Positions 33,021-34,919 of a stretch of 34,919 nucleotides of DNA are shown here, piece by piece. Within the stretch, counting starts at the first letter, position 1; each line of letters opens with the position of its first letter. This stretch comes from Limnochordia bacterium (GTDB lineage: Bacteria; Bacillota; Limnochordia; Darwinibacteriales; SLO01), in the NCBI GenBank assembly GCA_007132635.1, contig SLOG01000019.1, positions 1 through 34,919 on the forward strand, read 5' to 3'. Below the pieces are notes generated by a model. The model did not search any database and was not told the origin of the DNA. It saw only the letters and a list, made by a program, of their open reading frames with translations. The translations under genes and the position numbers were made by a program.

Positions 33021-34177
33021 ATGTGCAGACAATGATTGACGTGTTTAAGGATAAGTTCCCCCAGTCCGGCCCGCCTGTGGCAGCGGCTGCGCCTGGGCGC
33101 GTCAACTTGATCGGAGAGCATACCGATTATAACGATGGCTTCGTACTGCCAATGGCCATCAATGACCAGATTATCCTCATAGGCAGCCTCCGCAGCGACA
33201 GGCAGGTTCATCTCTATTCGATGGACTTTGAGGAAGCAAGTGTCTTTTCATTGGACGCGATCGAGGCCTCAGCCGATACACCGTGGAGCAATTATATACG
33301 CGGCATATGTGTCATGTATCAGAAGACAACCCGCCTCCAAGGGATGAATATTGTTCTCCAAGGCCGAGTCCCTCAGGGGGCTGGCTTATCGTCATCAGCC
33401 GCCCTAGAGGTAGCGGCAGCGCTTCTAGTCAAGACGCTGCATGGGATTCGAATTTCGTCGACTGCGTTGGTAAAACTAGCCCAATCAGCGGAAAACGAAT
33501 TTGTGGGTGTCCAGTGCGGCATCATGGACCAATTCGTCTCCATGTTGGGAAAACAAGACCATGTTCTCTTTCTAGACTGCCGCTCTTTAGACTACGAGCT
33601 TGTGCCGGCACCGTTTTCGGGCACTCGCGTCATCGTCGTCGACAGCGGGGTGAAACGCGGTCTCGTGGACTCCGAATACAATAAACGCAGAGCCCAATGC
33701 AGCGATGCTGTCGACCTCCTCCGGGACTCACTGCCGGACATTCAATCACTGCGCGACGTTGAACTCAAGCATCTCCCGCTTATCAACAGCCTGCCGAATG
33801 AACTAGCAAAACGAGCCCGGCACGTAGTGACAGAAAACGCTCGCGTACTCCAGGCTGTCAACCACCTTAGGAGAGAGGATATCACAAGCTTCGGAGAGCT
33901 CATGAACCAATCACACATCAGCCTCCGGGATGACTACGAAGTCAGCTGCCGCGAATTAGATCTGTTGGTAGATATGGCGTGGTCAATACCTGGTACATTG
34001 GGGTCGCGTATGACCGGCGCTGGCTTTGGCGGATGCACCGTCTCGCTTGTGGAGGAGTCCGCATCCGATGCTTTTACAACACAGATCAAGACCCATTACA
34101 AGGAAAACTGCGGCATTTCGCCACGAGTGTTTGTCTATCAGGCCAGTAAAGGTGCGCACATACTGCCGTTGGCATAG
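33017..34177 (+). CDS. galK: Galactokinase
   Basis: 'APGRVNLIGEHTDYNDGFVLPMAI' is the galactokinase signature. GHMP motifs are 'GAGLSSSAALEVA' and 'RMTGAGFGGC'. The ATG overlaps the galT stop (ATGA). Confidence 0.93.
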   Translation: MNVQTMIDVFKDKFPQSGPPVAAAAPGRVNLIGEHTDYNDGFVLPMAINDQIILIGSLRSDRQVHLYSMDFEEASVFSLDAIEASADTPWSNYIRGICVMYQKTTRLQGMNIVLQGRVPQGAGLSSSAALEVAAALLVKTLHGIRISSTALVKLAQSAENEFVGVQCGIMDQFVSMLGKQDHVLFLDCRSLDYELVPAPFSGTRVIVVDSGVKRGLVDSEYNKRRAQCSDAVDLLRDSLPDIQSLRDVELKHLPLINSLPNELAKRARHVVTENARVLQAVNHLRREDITSFGELMNQSHISLRDDYEVSCRELDLLVDMAWSIPGTLGSRMTGAGFGGCTVSLVEESASDAFTTQIKTHYKENCGISPRVFVYQASKGAHILPLA

Positions 34178-34178
34178 C

Positions 34179-34919
34179 CTATTCCATGCTGCTCAAGGCA
34201 CTGCGGACGGCTGCCTCCATAACCTCTGTGGGCGGGGACACGCCCCACCAGAACTCCCAGGACTTCGCGGCCTGCCAAACCAGCATGCCAATGCCATTTA
34301 GAACGGGACAGCCCAAAGAGGCTGCATCAACGAGGAGCTGCGTTTCTTGAGGATTGTAGATGATGTCGACCACCCGCAGATCAGGCCGAAGTAGATCTCG
34401 AGGAATCGGGCTTTCCCCCCGAGAGGCATGCATTCCTACGGTCGTTGTGTTTACGACAACATCGACCGCAGCCATCGCCCTGCTTAGCTCGTGAGGGTCT
34501 AGGCCCATGCCCCTGGCTTCGCTGTGAGCAAACTCATACGCTAGGTCTTTCGCCTTGCCTGCTGTGCGATTGGCAATTGTAATGTGCGCTCCGCACCGGC
34601 CGAGTTCAGCAGCAATGGCTCGAGCCGCTCCTCCTGCACCCAGAATCAAGAAACTGCAGTCAGCAATATCTGTAATGAGTTCCTGTTCCAAGGCGGCTCG
34701 AAAACCGGGGCCATCTGTACTATGCCCATACATGCGCCCGTTTTCAAACCGAATCGTATTCACCGAACCCACTGCCTGTGCCTCGGCCGTAAGATGATCC
34801 ATAAAAGGGATTACAGCCTGCTTATGCGGCACCGTAACATTCAGCCCAAAGAAACCTAAAGCCTTGGCTCCTGCCAAGGCTGTTTGAACTGCATCAGGTT
34901 GAACGAGCAGAGGTACGTA
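34179..34919 (-). CDS. aroE: Shikimate dehydrogenase, 5'-truncated by the window edge
   Basis: Contains 'GLNVTVPHKQAV', 'GSVNTI' and 'LILGAGGAARAIA'. The reading frame stays open to the last base of the window, and the ORF-track start at 34877 is an internal TTG. Confidence 0.85.
   Translation of the reverse strand, partial: YVPLLVQPDAVQTALAGAKALGFFGLNVTVPHKQAVIPFMDHLTAEAQAVGSVNTIRFENGRMYGHSTDGPGFRAALEQELITDIADCSFLILGAGGAARAIAAELGRCGAHITIANRTAGKAKDLAYEFAHSEARGMGLDPHELSRAMAAVDVVVNTTTVGMHASRGESPIPRDLLRPDLRVVDIIYNPQETQLLVDAASLGCPVLNGIGMLVWQAAKSWEFWWGVSPPTEVMEAAVRSALSSME

Overview
Chromosomal window with a Bacillota (Firmicutes)-type housekeeping backbone, mostly on the minus strand: ddl, ABC-F ATPase, DnaD-like protein, DnaB-family helicase, rsmA, ykuK-like, veg, ispE, glmU, ctc, pth, mfd, then divIC/ftsB, yabR-like S1 protein, DUF501, ppx and tRNA-Leu. 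An inverted hup-mazG pair sits between mfd and divIC. The right end carries galE-galT-galK and a truncated aroE. The left third is accessory-like. It holds an MFS transporter, a YdjC-family protein and two URO-D-fold paralogs. It also holds a Tat cluster with three tatA paralogs (one is below the ORF-track cutoff) plus tatC, followed by an arylamine N-acetyltransferase and a secreted FG-GAP-like protein. A further unit encodes an exported rhodanese, a YueI/DUF1694 protein and a DUF362-ferredoxin fusion. I saw no CRISPR array, transposase, integrase or recognisable defence gene. The most unusual signal is a ~120-nt imperfect-palindromic element present three times within 4.5 kb: upstream of tatA1, between tatC and tatA3, and between tRNA-Leu and the rhodanese gene. 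It has compensatory base-pair changes in its central hairpin and matches no RNA class or mobile element I recognise. Other points worth a second look are a 22-codon uORF before galT that looks like a frameshifted GalT N-terminus, a DnaD-helicase-small acidic ORF module, an SD-hairpin-TTG start architecture, and a DUF559 nuclease-fold gene placed behind a terminator upstream of glmU. All calls come from reading the sequence and from remembered family motifs. No database search was run.
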